Source: a virus (lineage: Duplodnaviria > Caudoviricetes). Taken from it: 54,688 nt of DNA. How positions within the stretch are numbered: position 1 is the stretch's first letter; every line of letters begins with the position of its first letter. Where the stretch lies: the IMG/VR virus record IMGVR_UViG_3300050132_000403, positions 1 to 54,688 of that record. One strand, written 5' to 3'. This document shows, piece by piece, positions 1-9,297 of the stretch. Made by a program: the position numbers and the translations under genes. Under the pieces are notes generated by a model. The model ran no database searches and was not told the origin of the DNA. It saw only the letters and a list, made by a program, of their open reading frames with translations.

Positions 1-173
1 CACCAAAGCTGTGTTGCATCTACACCGTCTTCATTGATTGGAATTCCTGCAGATTTTGCAAGACGAGTTGGACCGTCAATGAAAGTGTAATCTTTAAAGA
101 ATTCGTCTTGTTTGAGTGCAGATATTAATGTTGACTTCCCACTAGAATGTGTTCCTGATATACTTATTCTCAT
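1..173 (-). CDS. P-loop NTPase / nucleotide kinase (AAA_28/NadR-like), runs off the left edge of the window
   Basis: Hand-translated from the ATG at 173 (ATGA overlap with the upstream stop): MRISISGTHSSGKSTLISALKQDEFFKDYTFIDGPTR, with Walker A GTHSSGKST. Absent from the ORF track. Confidence 0.75.
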   Translation of the reverse strand, partial: MRISISGTHSSGKSTLISALKQDEFFKDYTFIDGPTRLAKSAGIPINEDGVDATQLW

Positions 174-520
174 ACTATTCTACAAGGTATTGTTAAGTCC
201 TCTGATAAGTAATAAATTGCACAAACTCGGTGGTATCCATCTGCAATTATTAATTTATCATCCCTTACTAGTAATACTGGTGATAGTTTTTCACCTCTTT
301 TTACTTTCTTCAAATTTTGTGCAACATGAAGATTAGTTTTAGGTAATAACTGTAAACCACTTGCACGTAATATATCTTTTGCTTTTTTGAATACTGTTTT
401 TTGTTTTTCTAAACCTTGTACTAGTTCATCTGCATCTTTTTCAGACATAAGTAGTTCAAGGTAATCTACTGCTGCTGGGTAGTCGTGTGGTACTGGATCT
501 TTTTTCCAAATATTTTTCAT
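170..520 (-). CDS. ParB/sulfiredoxin-like N-terminal domain protein
   Basis: PVLLVRDDKLIIADGYHRV matches the ParB-N DGxHR motif; ATGA-coupled on both sides. Confidence 0.65.
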   Translation of the reverse strand: MKNIWKKDPVPHDYPAAVDYLELLMSEKDADELVQGLEKQKTVFKKAKDILRASGLQLLPKTNLHVAQNLKKVKRGEKLSPVLLVRDDKLIIADGYHRVCAIYYLSEDLTIPCRIV

Positions 521-1305
521 ACTGAGAATTCTCTAAATTTTTTAATGTTGTAATTGATTATTTCAAGTTGACTTTCTGTTGGTTTACGGTCAATCATGTT
601 ACAAAGTTTCATTGATACTTTGTCATCTAACCCGTAGTCGTAGTATTTTTTAAGGAAGAGACCATGTACAACTGGGTTACTGGTATCCAAACTTTTGATG
701 AAACTATAATCTTTAGATTTGTAGTCTGAGACCCCTTGAGGAAGTGAAATTCCGAGGAGGTGGTGAGGTAGTGATTTTTGTATAATACCATCATTTAGCA
801 TCATATCTATTAATCTTTTACGACCCTTCATCCATGCTACTAATTTATTTTCTTGAGGGAAAAGTGTTTGAAACCAGGAGTAATCAAAGGATATTGCAAT
901 TTTTGAACAACCAAGTTCTACTAATGCCTTATAACAATCAGTTATTTCCTGATAGTTTTTTCCTTGTACTACCCCTATAAATTTTGTTGGAAGGTTTTTA
1001 TACTCTCTCAAAAAGTCTTCATAATTCCAAACTGTTTCCTGATAATTTTCAAGTACGTCTGGAACTATGGAGTATTCAGGTTGCAATTTTTCTACCCATT
1101 TTGCAAATTTTGAAGCTGAAAAACTACGATTTAATTCAAAACAGCTATTATCAAGTATTACAGTTCTACCCATTAAAACACTACGCCTGTAGTGGTTATA
1201 GTATTCAGGGTGAGTCTCGAACAAATGTACAAGTGCATAGCAGTAATCATTAAACTTTAAACTTTCTTCCAGTAAACTTATTGGGCACTCATGAGAGATT
1301 TGCAT
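517..1305 (-). CDS. TGT-fold (queuine tRNA-ribosyltransferase/DpdA-like) protein, putative 7-deazaguanine incorporation enzyme
   Basis: Motifs ILDNS, VPDV, GVVQG, HHLLG and SLDTSNP fit TGT-like TIM barrels; clustered with folE/queE/queD. Confidence 0.65.
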   Translation of the reverse strand: MQISHECPISLLEESLKFNDYCYALVHLFETHPEYYNHYRRSVLMGRTVILDNSCFELNRSFSASKFAKWVEKLQPEYSIVPDVLENYQETVWNYEDFLREYKNLPTKFIGVVQGKNYQEITDCYKALVELGCSKIAISFDYSWFQTLFPQENKLVAWMKGRKRLIDMMLNDGIIQKSLPHHLLGISLPQGVSDYKSKDYSFIKSLDTSNPVVHGLFLKKYYDYGLDDKVSMKLCNMIDRKPTESQLEIINYNIKKFREFSV

Positions 1306-1604
1306 TAATAATTAATTTTTAAATAAGTGATAAGTGACTCTACAACTGCTTTAAATGTTGTAACTGTTTTTGGAATTTCAAGTTCAAAGTTTTCAGTTTC
1401 GTTGGTAAAAATTGTTACAGAATATTTATTTTCCCAAGTTGGGTTTATTTCCAAAATTATCTTGAGGTCCGAGATATACACGGTTAATTTTAATTCAGAA
1501 TCATAATCTAGTGAATTTGCAAAACTTACGAGGTCCTCAGTGTTTACTTCACCTTCCTCTTCAATCTTGTAGACTATTTTGTCTATGTCTTTGAATATAT
1601 CCAC
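1305..1604 (-). CDS. Hypothetical protein
   Basis: 99-aa ORF overlapping both neighbours by 1 nt. Confidence 0.6.
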   Translation of the reverse strand: MDIFKDIDKIVYKIEEEGEVNTEDLVSFANSLDYDSELKLTVYISDLKIILEINPTWENKYSVTIFTNETENFELEIPKTVTTFKAVVESLITYLKINY

Positions 1605-1945
1605 TACCTGTTATCTCCACTTCCTGAAATTACGTTTCTTTGAACTCTATCTCTAACTTTTATAACATTTTCAATTAAAATATCTTTCATCCTTAATTTT
1701 AAATCAGTTGTTAATTTATTAATATACCACTGTAAATCTCCAATTTCTTTTGAAATATTTTTTACATCCTCTTCTGATAAGATACCTTGTTTATCTCTTG
1801 TTGCTTTTTTAACAACAGAAGCTATCTCACCTAATTCTTCAAGACAACCGGTTATGGTATAATGTATTTCTGCAATACCAGTAAGTTTAGTTATTGCTCC
1901 TGCCTCGACTTCATCTTGGTAAGAATCTATTGTAATATCTATCAT
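1604..1945 (-). CDS. mazG: MazG-like nucleoside triphosphate pyrophosphohydrolase
   Basis: EELGEIA...KK..RD...KEIGDLQWY...N..K...R..R..ISGSGDNR matches the phage MazG-like signature. Confidence 0.85.
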   Translation of the reverse strand: MIDITIDSYQDEVEAGAITKLTGIAEIHYTITGCLEELGEIASVVKKATRDKQGILSEEDVKNISKEIGDLQWYINKLTTDLKLRMKDILIENVIKVRDRVQRNVISGSGDNR

Positions 1946-3003
1946 TTATTTTCTTCTTTATATTCCCATTTAAAACCTGCTGAGGTTTTTCTTTTACCTA
2001 CACAGCATAACCTTATATCTTCTTCTGTAAAACCTAAAGTTTCATTTACTTCTCTACAGGAATAAAATTCTTTAATAAATTCATTACTTAAAGTAAATTG
2101 TAAAACTGCCTTTGCTTTACCTGTTCTACCAGATTTTATACCCTTCTTTTTAGAAGGTATACCAACTCTACTTTTATGAAGATGTTTTCTTTCTTTACGT
2201 GTTTTTAAACCTTTTTCTATACTTTCTGCAGTAGGTTTATATGGGTTTAAAAGTTTAGTTAACTTCATCTTATCTATAGTCTCTTGAGAAATTGGTTTTC
2301 TAACTTTTGTAGATACTTTTGCAGCTTCAGACCTCTTTTTTATTATTACTTGTCTTTCTTCTTCTGTTTTACTCTCCCAATTTTCTTTAAATTTTCTTTT
2401 AGTTTCTGCAATTTGTTCAGGAGTTCTCTTTTCTCTTGCTTCTTTTATTTTTCTTTTAGTTTCTTGAGAGTGAGGAACTCCTGGTATACCTCTCCTTTTT
2501 AATCCTCTTTCTTTACTTTTTATTTTATTTTCAGGATTATTTTTATAAGACTCAAAAATTCTATCTACTATTTCTTGTAATTCCTCTTTACTTTTTTTAC
2601 TTCTTGTTTCTTTTTGTTTCCTAATTTTCTCCTCAGTAATAATTTTTCCAGTATGTAACTTAGTAGTTATAATTGAAACTTTTTTTCTTATATCCTCATA
2701 AACTCTTGAGGAAATTTTATATTCTCTTTTTTGATGTTCATTTTTAGCATTACACATAGTCCAGAAAGCATAATTTATACCATTATTCTCTGGATAAATC
2801 TCAACAAGTAGCCTATGGATTAGAAAATGTTCTCTTGCGGTTAAGAAAACAAGATTTTCTTTCTTATTAGAACCTCCAAGACATTTAGGTATTATATGGT
2901 GAAGTTCAAAATATTGGTAATTTGGTTCAGAAGTTTTATAACGTCTACGACCTGAATTTTGTGCTTTTAAAATTATCTGGTCATGAATTTTTTGGTAGTT
3001 CAA
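1942..3003 (-). CDS. Free-standing HNH homing endonuclease (MobE-like N-terminus, NUMOD3-like repeats, C-terminal NUMOD1-like domain)
   Basis: ELHHIIPKCLGGSNKKENLVFLTAREHFLIH; HSQETKRKI; VLQFTLSNEFIKEF...CCVGKRKTSAGFKWEY. Confidence 0.85.
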   Translation of the reverse strand: MNYQKIHDQIILKAQNSGRRRYKTSEPNYQYFELHHIIPKCLGGSNKKENLVFLTAREHFLIHRLLVEIYPENNGINYAFWTMCNAKNEHQKREYKISSRVYEDIRKKVSIITTKLHTGKIITEEKIRKQKETRSKKSKEELQEIVDRIFESYKNNPENKIKSKERGLKRRGIPGVPHSQETKRKIKEAREKRTPEQIAETKRKFKENWESKTEEERQVIIKKRSEAAKVSTKVRKPISQETIDKMKLTKLLNPYKPTAESIEKGLKTRKERKHLHKSRVGIPSKKKGIKSGRTGKAKAVLQFTLSNEFIKEFYSCREVNETLGFTEEDIRLCCVGKRKTSAGFKWEYKEENK

Positions 3004-3021
3004 ATTTTAGATTCATAAAAT

Positions 3022-3654
3022 TTACGATTTTAAATCTCTTATATAATTATAGAATTCATCTCTTGACCTATCATCATTTTCTAAAAATACTCCTGATAGT
3101 TGAGTTGTTTTCATAACTGAGTTTTGTTTTACTCCTCTATTTACACAACAACCATGAGAACCCTCAATCATAACTGCTATACCAATATTATCAATTAACT
3201 CATTTAGTTCATCATGAATTTGAGTTGTAAGTGATTCTTGAAGCTGCGGGCGTCTACTATACCATTCTACAATCCTACCAATCTTTGACAAACCAATTAC
3301 CTGACCATCCTTTTTAGGGATATATGCAACATGACATTTAGAAGTAATTGTCTGATTATGGTGTGAGCATAAACTGATACTTTGGATATTTCCGCTAAAT
3401 ACTATACCTCGATAACCTTCATTTGGAAATTGTGTTATTTTTGGTTTTTCAGTTAATGTACCACTTACTAAATCTTCTACCCATGCTTTTGCAACCCTAT
3501 AAGGTGTGTTATCAGAATTTGCATCTTTAGTCCAGTCAAAACCAAGTGAAATTAAAAAATTACCATAATGCTTTGCAGCATTTTTTATCATTTTTACTTT
3601 TTCCTTCTCAGTACGAGGAAGATTACCATTTACCTTTTGTAATAATTCTATCAT
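3022..3654 (-). CDS. folE: GTP cyclohydrolase I
   Basis: TPYRVAK, SLCSHH, IGLSKIGRIV, RRPQLQESLT, HGCCVNRGVK. Confidence 0.95.
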   Translation of the reverse strand: MIELLQKVNGNLPRTEKEKVKMIKNAAKHYGNFLISLGFDWTKDANSDNTPYRVAKAWVEDLVSGTLTEKPKITQFPNEGYRGIVFSGNIQSISLCSHHNQTITSKCHVAYIPKKDGQVIGLSKIGRIVEWYSRRPQLQESLTTQIHDELNELIDNIGIAVMIEGSHGCCVNRGVKQNSVMKTTQLSGVFLENDDRSRDEFYNYIRDLKS

Positions 3655-4089
3655 TTATTTTGTATCCTCTAAGTATCTTTCTAAAATTTCACCCTGCTGT
3701 TTCGCCACATCACCTTCCCAATCTATTTCTCTAAATGCAGCCGAATGAGGATGTGGTACCACCTTTGACCAATACAAAGAAATGTTTCCAGTTTTCTTTT
3801 TTGGATCTTTCATCAATAATTCGGCTGGAGGACAAGCTGTGGCCAGTAATAAACCTGATTGGCATAATCTCACCAATTTTTCAAAGAAAACTTTCCTACT
3901 TTTATCACTTAATAAATAATGATATGTCTTCTTTACCACCCCGTCCATTTCAATTGAGTTCTCATAATTAGGTAAATGAGAATTAATGACCATTTGTGTA
4001 AGTGCATCTTCTGATAACATCTGCTCCTCTGAGAATGTTAGTTCAAGATAATTTGTTGGAAGTTTTACTACTTCTTCAGCTTCAGGCAT
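3655..4089 (-). CDS. Hypothetical protein in the deazaguanine cluster
   Basis: 144-aa ORF abutting folE. Confidence 0.6.
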   Translation of the reverse strand: MPEAEEVVKLPTNYLELTFSEEQMLSEDALTQMVINSHLPNYENSIEMDGVVKKTYHYLLSDKSRKVFFEKLVRLCQSGLLLATACPPAELLMKDPKKKTGNISLYWSKVVPHPHSAAFREIDWEGDVAKQQGEILERYLEDTK

Positions 4090-4271
4090 ATAACTATTTG
4101 TTTAGAAAGACAATTACAAAGTTTTGTAATTTCAATTGAGTATTCTGTTGTTGTGTTTGAGTTGTGAAAGTATAGTTCTGATAATTGAGAGTCAATATCA
4201 TATACAAATTTAAAATCTATACCTATTATTTTTATAAGTCCGTTTTCTATTTTTATTTCAAATTTTTTCAT
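4068..4271 (-). CDS. Hypothetical protein
   Basis: 67-aa ORF in operon orientation. Confidence 0.45.
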   Translation of the reverse strand: MKKFEIKIENGLIKIIGIDFKFVYDIDSQLSELYFHNSNTTTEYSIEITKLCNCLSKQIVICLKLKK

Positions 4272-4292
4272 AACTTATTGATTATTAAGTAA

Positions 4293-5060
4293 CTAAACAC
4301 CTCGTCTGTCACCATAGACGATTATCTGAAGACGGTCCGAGTAGTTGTATCCTTCAGTTATACATTTATTAAATAACCACTCTCGTTTTTTATTTAGTTG
4401 TTCATCAAATACCCCTTCTGGCATTAAGAAGACTTTATTATTTGGTATTTCAAGAAATTCTTGTAACTGTTTAAGTTCTTCAAATTCCTCATCAGTTGAT
4501 ATAACTGGTTTTACTGCCCATTCTTTACCTTTATTTATCTGGTTATTAATTAGTAAATTCATTGCAGTATAGTTAGTCCTATACTTCTCATGCTGGTCAA
4601 TTAATTTCTGAGTAACAGTTTGACCAGTATATGTATTAACATCATTCAGTTTTGGAACTGAATTTTTAAGTTTTGGTGAAAGTGATAAAAAGTCACATTC
4701 TGTTTCTACATATTCTGACCCTTCAGTTTCAATAGTAACCCAGTGGTTGTATTTATGTGCAAGGTCTACTAACTCAGGGAGAAGGCTTTTGTGCATTGTT
4801 GGTCCTCCCCCTGTTATCATTGTGAAACTAATCTGAGGGTTAAGTATATAAAAATTTTCTATATCCTTTAACGTAAATTTCCCTTTTTCTGGTGCCCATG
4901 AATTAAATGAAGTATCACAAAATGACTCTCCAAACTGGCACCTTAATCTACAACCTACAAGACGTATTAATATGTGAGGTCTTCCTGTATAAATTCCCTC
5001 CCCTTGCAAACAGCTGTAGAGTTCGTTAACTGGTATTATTTTTTCAATCATTTGAAACAA
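4293..5060 (-). CDS. queE: 7-carboxy-7-deazaguanine synthase (radical SAM)
   Basis: LQGEG..TG, GCRLRC....FCDT, ITGGGP, TIETEGS, LSPKL, FLMPEG, YSDRLQI..YGDRRGV. The true start may be the Met at 5051. Confidence 0.92.
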   Translation of the reverse strand: MFQMIEKIIPVNELYSCLQGEGIYTGRPHILIRLVGCRLRCQFGESFCDTSFNSWAPEKGKFTLKDIENFYILNPQISFTMITGGGPTMHKSLLPELVDLAHKYNHWVTIETEGSEYVETECDFLSLSPKLKNSVPKLNDVNTYTGQTVTQKLIDQHEKYRTNYTAMNLLINNQINKGKEWAVKPVISTDEEFEELKQLQEFLEIPNNKVFLMPEGVFDEQLNKKREWLFNKCITEGYNYSDRLQIIVYGDRRGV

Positions 5061-5329
5061 TTTTTAAAAACCCCCTTATTAAAATCACCTATTAACTTTA
5101 CCACTGTTTCAAATTCGTATTTAAAACCTGTATCTTTTACTTTAAATAAAAATTGAAGTTGGTCATTTACACAAAAATTTCCTAAATCCATTCCGTCTTC
5201 AAGTATTACTGAAACGGAATCAAGTCCTTTATAATCGGGATCTGGTAGTATTTCATAAACTATTCCTAATAAATTATCAGGGTTAAATTTATGGTCAACT
5301 TCGCAGATAGTACCGATGTTCAGATTCAT
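5048..5329 (-). CDS. Hypothetical protein
   Basis: 93-aa ORF between queD and queE. Confidence 0.55.
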   Translation of the reverse strand: MNLNIGTICEVDHKFNPDNLLGIVYEILPDPDYKGLDSVSVILEDGMDLGNFCVNDQLQFLFKVKDTGFKYEFETVVKLIGDFNKGVFKNCFK

Positions 5330-5889
5330 GCTGAGTATATTGATTGGCTTTTTGGTGTTTCAAAAAATACTACTTGTGATACCTTTATATTAATTTTCTC
5401 CATTTTTTCCTGAACTATGTCAAGTAGCCATTTTGAAAGGTTTTCTGATGTTGGTATAAAATCTACAAGTACCATCCCTTCATATTTTTCTTGAAGACAA
5501 GTTGGTAAATCACTATATACAGATTCTTCAATTGTGTAAAATTTTGTAGAAGATTTGTAATTATACTTTAATCTGTAATAATCTACTATCCATTCATTAT
5601 GGATATGGGGTATCTCAAATGGTAATAACGGATCATTTATATCCATTATCATTTTGTGGTCTAACACATCATCTACCCACTTTTTAAACCAATTTAGGTG
5701 TTTAAAGTCAGTAACCATTCCATCTTTTAAGTTACTACTTTCAAGAAAAACAATCAGTTTACCCTGGTGCCCGTGAATATGGCGACATTTAAGTTTATCA
5801 TCAAGTGAGAACTCTGTATTAAGTTCCTGAGACCAAACTCTATGACCGTAGCAGAAATCGAATTGTTTTCCTATGTTCCACTTACTCAT
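5326..5889 (-). CDS. queD: 6-carboxy-5,6,7,8-tetrahydropterin synthase
   Basis: FCYGHR, CRHIHGH, GMVTDF, LDHK, PTSENLS, FETPKS. Confidence 0.93.
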   Translation of the reverse strand: MSKWNIGKQFDFCYGHRVWSQELNTEFSLDDKLKCRHIHGHQGKLIVFLESSNLKDGMVTDFKHLNWFKKWVDDVLDHKMIMDINDPLLPFEIPHIHNEWIVDYYRLKYNYKSSTKFYTIEESVYSDLPTCLQEKYEGMVLVDFIPTSENLSKWLLDIVQEKMEKINIKVSQVVFFETPKSQSIYSA

Positions 5890-6356
5890 AATACAATTTG
5901 GGGTTTACAACAATCAGAATTTAACTTTTCGTTTACTTTATCAATTGAATCTTGATTAGTAACTTTTATTAGGTGTAATTTTCTATAACTAATAAGTTCA
6001 CCGTATTCCTTATATACAGAATCCTGATAATGTTTTACATCATTATAATTTTTAAATCTTTTTGCAAAATTAATAGCATCAAGTTTATCATTTTTTCCTT
6101 CTCCAAAAATTTTTTCTTGATAACAAACATTTGGTGAACTTATCTCACTTGAAATATCAAAAGTTTCATTTAGATTATCCCAGTTATAACCATCAGTAAT
6201 TGTATATTGAACATAGTAAGTATTATATTCTGGTAAAAAACAATTAATTCTAACATGAAAAATAGGTTTAATTATACCTATTTTTTCTAAGGGTTTTTCA
6301 AAATATTGACAAGAGAAACAACTACAGATAAGTAGTAGTATTACGATTTTTTTCAT
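5886..6356 (-). CDS. Putative lipoprotein
   Basis: MKKIVILLLICSCFSC: basic start, hydrophobic core, lipobox-like Cys. Confidence 0.6.
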   Translation of the reverse strand: MKKIVILLLICSCFSCQYFEKPLEKIGIIKPIFHVRINCFLPEYNTYYVQYTITDGYNWDNLNETFDISSEISSPNVCYQEKIFGEGKNDKLDAINFAKRFKNYNDVKHYQDSVYKEYGELISYRKLHLIKVTNQDSIDKVNEKLNSDCCKPQIVL

Positions 6357-6393
6357 ACTGTAAATTTAGTATAACTATTCCTGGATAAAGAAT

Positions 6394-6573
6394 TTATTTT
6401 TGATTAAGTGAGATCTCATCACTTTCTGTAGTTGTAAAAGTCTCTTGGCACTTTTTACAAACATAAAACCACCATTTTAAAATTTTTCCTCTACTTTTTA
6501 AATCTCTCTCTTCAAGTTCTACTGACTTTGAGGAACAAAAAGGACACTGTACTATTTCAACTGGGTTTATCAT
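6394..6573 (-). CDS. Small zinc-ribbon protein (59 aa, YgiT/MqsA-like finger)
   Basis: Hand-translated: MINPVEIVQCPFCSSK...WWFYVCKKCQETFTTTESDEISLNQK*. Two CxxC pairs; ATGA overlap with the nrdJ-C stop. Confidence 0.7.
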   Translation of the reverse strand: MINPVEIVQCPFCSSKSVELEERDLKSRGKILKWWFYVCKKCQETFTTTESDEISLNQK

Positions 6574-8210
6574 GATTTAAATCTTTCTAAATATTCTGCA
6601 GGCATTTCACAAGATGAACCTGTACACGAAGCAGACCCCATTGTGTCCACGTCTGTATAGGTAGGTTTTAAGTTTGCTTTTGAGAAGTCAATCGGTTTTA
6701 GTTCCCTATTTATTTCCACCCATTTATGGTATAAATAAACGTCTTTCAAGCAATATGACATTTGAAGTACATCATTTTTAAAGTATCTCTTTGCAAATTG
6801 TTTTGCTCGCCTTAACCAATCTTTCTTTAATAGTACTTCACGTTTGGTTCCTTCAAGTTTTGTGGTTCTGTTTACAACGTAATTGGTTGCTATCCATAAA
6901 TCATCAAAGTCATAAAGTGCATCTGTTATTAACCCTGCTGCAAAAATTGAGGCATCACCATACTTTGTAAGTATTTTTTCAGGAGTTAATACTGAGGTGA
7001 ATGGTGCCTGTTTATAATCTTTATCACCAAATTTTCCTAAAAATGATACCCCTGTATAGAATTGTTTATTTTCATATACATAATCTCGTACCTCATCCCA
7101 ATTTTCAACCTCTACAGTATTTGAAACAGAATGTCTAAGAAATGGTTTTACACATGCTTCAACTCGAGTTCCATACTCTACCCAATTTTGTTGAATTTTT
7201 TTAACTATCTCAAGTTGTTTTATCCCTACTAAATCTTTTTTAAATATTGACCCTTTTTTAGAAGTAACAGGTATATAAACTACATAATCAGATTTTGTAG
7301 ACGACCATACAGATTCTTCAATTAGAAACGGATACTGTTCATTTAGTATTTTACCAATTTCTGACTCTTTATTAATTTGCATTAATCTAAAATAATCCTC
7401 ATCATGTTCACCATGACAACCAGATGCAGTTTCAAGTAGTACACTGGTATTACCCTCGGGTTTGACGGTTGTACCTCTTGCTGTTGGGTTTATACCAATT
7501 ATTTTTGCTACTTCCTCATTTATTTTTAAAACAAGTTTTGCACCATCCTGCATATTTTTTTCATCAAGCAATATTTCTGGATTATTCATCCACCCGGTTA
7601 TTGAACAACCCAATAATGCTTCCCTATCAAATATTTCTTTTGTAGTACTAGATACATATTTAAAATCTGTATAAGCTGCCTGAAGTGTACCAAGTACAGC
7701 CATTCCTGTACAGGCTTGTAATAATTTTTCTCTACTTGTTAATTTACTACCATTTGCTGATGAAAGGTTACATCCTTCCCATCCACTCAGACCATCTTTT
7801 GTCTGTGGATACAGATTTATTTCACAACAAGGGTTAGTCCCCTGGTCTAAATCATTAACAAAGTAGAAACCTGGTTCACCAAAATCTTTTATACAACTAA
7901 ATATTTTATCAAATTCTTCTTTAGTTGTCTCTTCTCTTATTAATACTACTGAATTATTAGATCTTGCACGTTGTTTATTAACTCCTCCTTGTGGGTTATA
8001 ATTTGGATAAGTTTTTGCACTCATCATTTTATTATCTTCTTTAGAAAAAAGACAAATAGAAGCTGAGTTATGAGAAACCGACTCAAGTCCTGACTCACTT
8101 TTTGCATTAAAACAATGTATATCTTTTACTTCAATATCATAAGTATCTTCTTCAACTAAATATTCTACACCTTTTAATGGTATAAGTTCAAAATCTTCTA
8201 ATTTAAACAT
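6570..8210 (-). CDS. nrdJ: Class II (B12-dependent, monomeric type) ribonucleotide reductase, C-terminal half, preceded by a 48-aa C-intein
   Basis: C-intein ends ...TYDIEVKDIHCF...VSHN, then SASICLF. RNR motifs RARSNNS, GEPG, GTNPCCEI, TTVKPEGNTS and C-terminal CTGSSCE. Confidence 0.9.
   Translation of the reverse strand: MFKLEDFELIPLKGVEYLVEEDTYDIEVKDIHCFNAKSESGLESVSHNSASICLFSKEDNKMMSAKTYPNYNPQGGVNKQRARSNNSVVLIREETTKEEFDKIFSCIKDFGEPGFYFVNDLDQGTNPCCEINLYPQTKDGLSGWEGCNLSSANGSKLTSREKLLQACTGMAVLGTLQAAYTDFKYVSSTTKEIFDREALLGCSITGWMNNPEILLDEKNMQDGAKLVLKINEEVAKIIGINPTARGTTVKPEGNTSVLLETASGCHGEHDEDYFRLMQINKESEIGKILNEQYPFLIEESVWSSTKSDYVVYIPVTSKKGSIFKKDLVGIKQLEIVKKIQQNWVEYGTRVEACVKPFLRHSVSNTVEVENWDEVRDYVYENKQFYTGVSFLGKFGDKDYKQAPFTSVLTPEKILTKYGDASIFAAGLITDALYDFDDLWIATNYVVNRTTKLEGTKREVLLKKDWLRRAKQFAKRYFKNDVLQMSYCLKDVYLYHKWVEINRELKPIDFSKANLKPTYTDVDTMGSASCTGSSCEMPAEYLERFKS
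8067..8210 (-). mobile_element. C-terminal half of a naturally split intein (IntC)
   Basis: Block F YDIEV..H.F and terminal His-Asn, followed by Ser+1. Confidence 0.9.
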
Positions 8211-9297
8211 TAAATGTCTCCTTAATTTTATTTTCCAATTGTTTAATATCTTTAAGTTCAGTACACCAAACTACTAATACTTTATACCCTTGTTCTATAG
8301 CTACATTTAGTTTAATTTGGTCCTTTTCCCATAAATCTTTAACCATAAAACTTGTTCCTCCAGGAAAGTCTATAACTTCAATAGGGTTTTTATACTGTTC
8401 AGGATTTGCATGCCAAAAACTACCATTAAATTCAACTAAAATCTTACCAACTTTGCAATCATAGAAATAATGAGTTTTATTTTTCTTTAATGGAAACTCA
8501 TATTCATCTATGACAACCCCTAACTTTTCCATTAAAGAAAATAATTGTATTGATTGTTTAGACTTACTACCAGTTAGCATACCTTTTATTCTTAACTTTT
8601 TTGAAGCCAAGTATTTATTTAAACCTTCTTCTTCACCATGTAGTCTAATACTATTTTCTAAAGTAGGAGATGATTTTAAATTCTTTTCTTTAAATTTTTT
8701 CTCACCTAATTCTTCACCAAATTTTTTAATATAATTTTCTAAAGTATTCCCTTTAGCTTTATTATTAGTAAGGTATTTTTCTCTTCCTATTTCTTCACCA
8801 TACCTTTCTGTATAATATTCTAGATTAAATTTAGTATCTTTAAAATATGTAGATTGTTTCTCTTTTGGGCACCATCCTACTAACCCATCTTCACCATATT
8901 TTTCTTTTCTGGTTTCATTAGTTTTTTTATTAATTTCTTTATTTTGTTGAGGGTTTTCAACACCATATCTTTCTAAATTAATTTTCTTTATTTGTTCTTG
9001 TACTATTTCAGAAGAAAAAGAATTTTCAACACCATATTTTTCTAACATTTTTTGTTTATACCCTTCTTTAAACTTCTCTGTTTTAAAAATACAACTTACT
9101 CTATTTCTTTCAAGAAAGAGGTCTTTATATTCTTTAGTATCTCTATATACTTTACGACAAGTCATTGAACAAGTAAAAGCTACTGTTTCTAAATTAGAAT
9201 CTATTTCTGACCTATATATTTTTAAAGTGTTAGTACAACTTATACATTTAACTATAAAACAAACATCATTCTTTCTCTCTATTATAATATTTTTCAT
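8203..9297 (-). CDS. Free-standing homing endonuclease (YGVEN repeats plus Vsr/DUF559-like nuclease domain) between the split-intein halves
   Basis: EKYGVEN repeats; FYDCKVGKILVEFNGSFWHANP...KD..K...A..QGYKVLVVW. Overlaps both nrdJ halves. Confidence 0.85.
   Translation of the reverse strand: MKNIIIERKNDVCFIVKCISCTNTLKIYRSEIDSNLETVAFTCSMTCRKVYRDTKEYKDLFLERNRVSCIFKTEKFKEGYKQKMLEKYGVENSFSSEIVQEQIKKINLERYGVENPQQNKEINKKTNETRKEKYGEDGLVGWCPKEKQSTYFKDTKFNLEYYTERYGEEIGREKYLTNNKAKGNTLENYIKKFGEELGEKKFKEKNLKSSPTLENSIRLHGEEEGLNKYLASKKLRIKGMLTGSKSKQSIQLFSLMEKLGVVIDEYEFPLKKNKTHYFYDCKVGKILVEFNGSFWHANPEQYKNPIEVIDFPGGTSFMVKDLWEKDQIKLNVAIEQGYKVLVVWCTELKDIKQLENKIKETFNV

Noticed and set aside
8203-9297. One contiguous intein broken by sequencing errors
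   Set aside because: Each of the three ORFs has its own ATG with tidy stop/start overlaps, matching the known fractured-gene layout.
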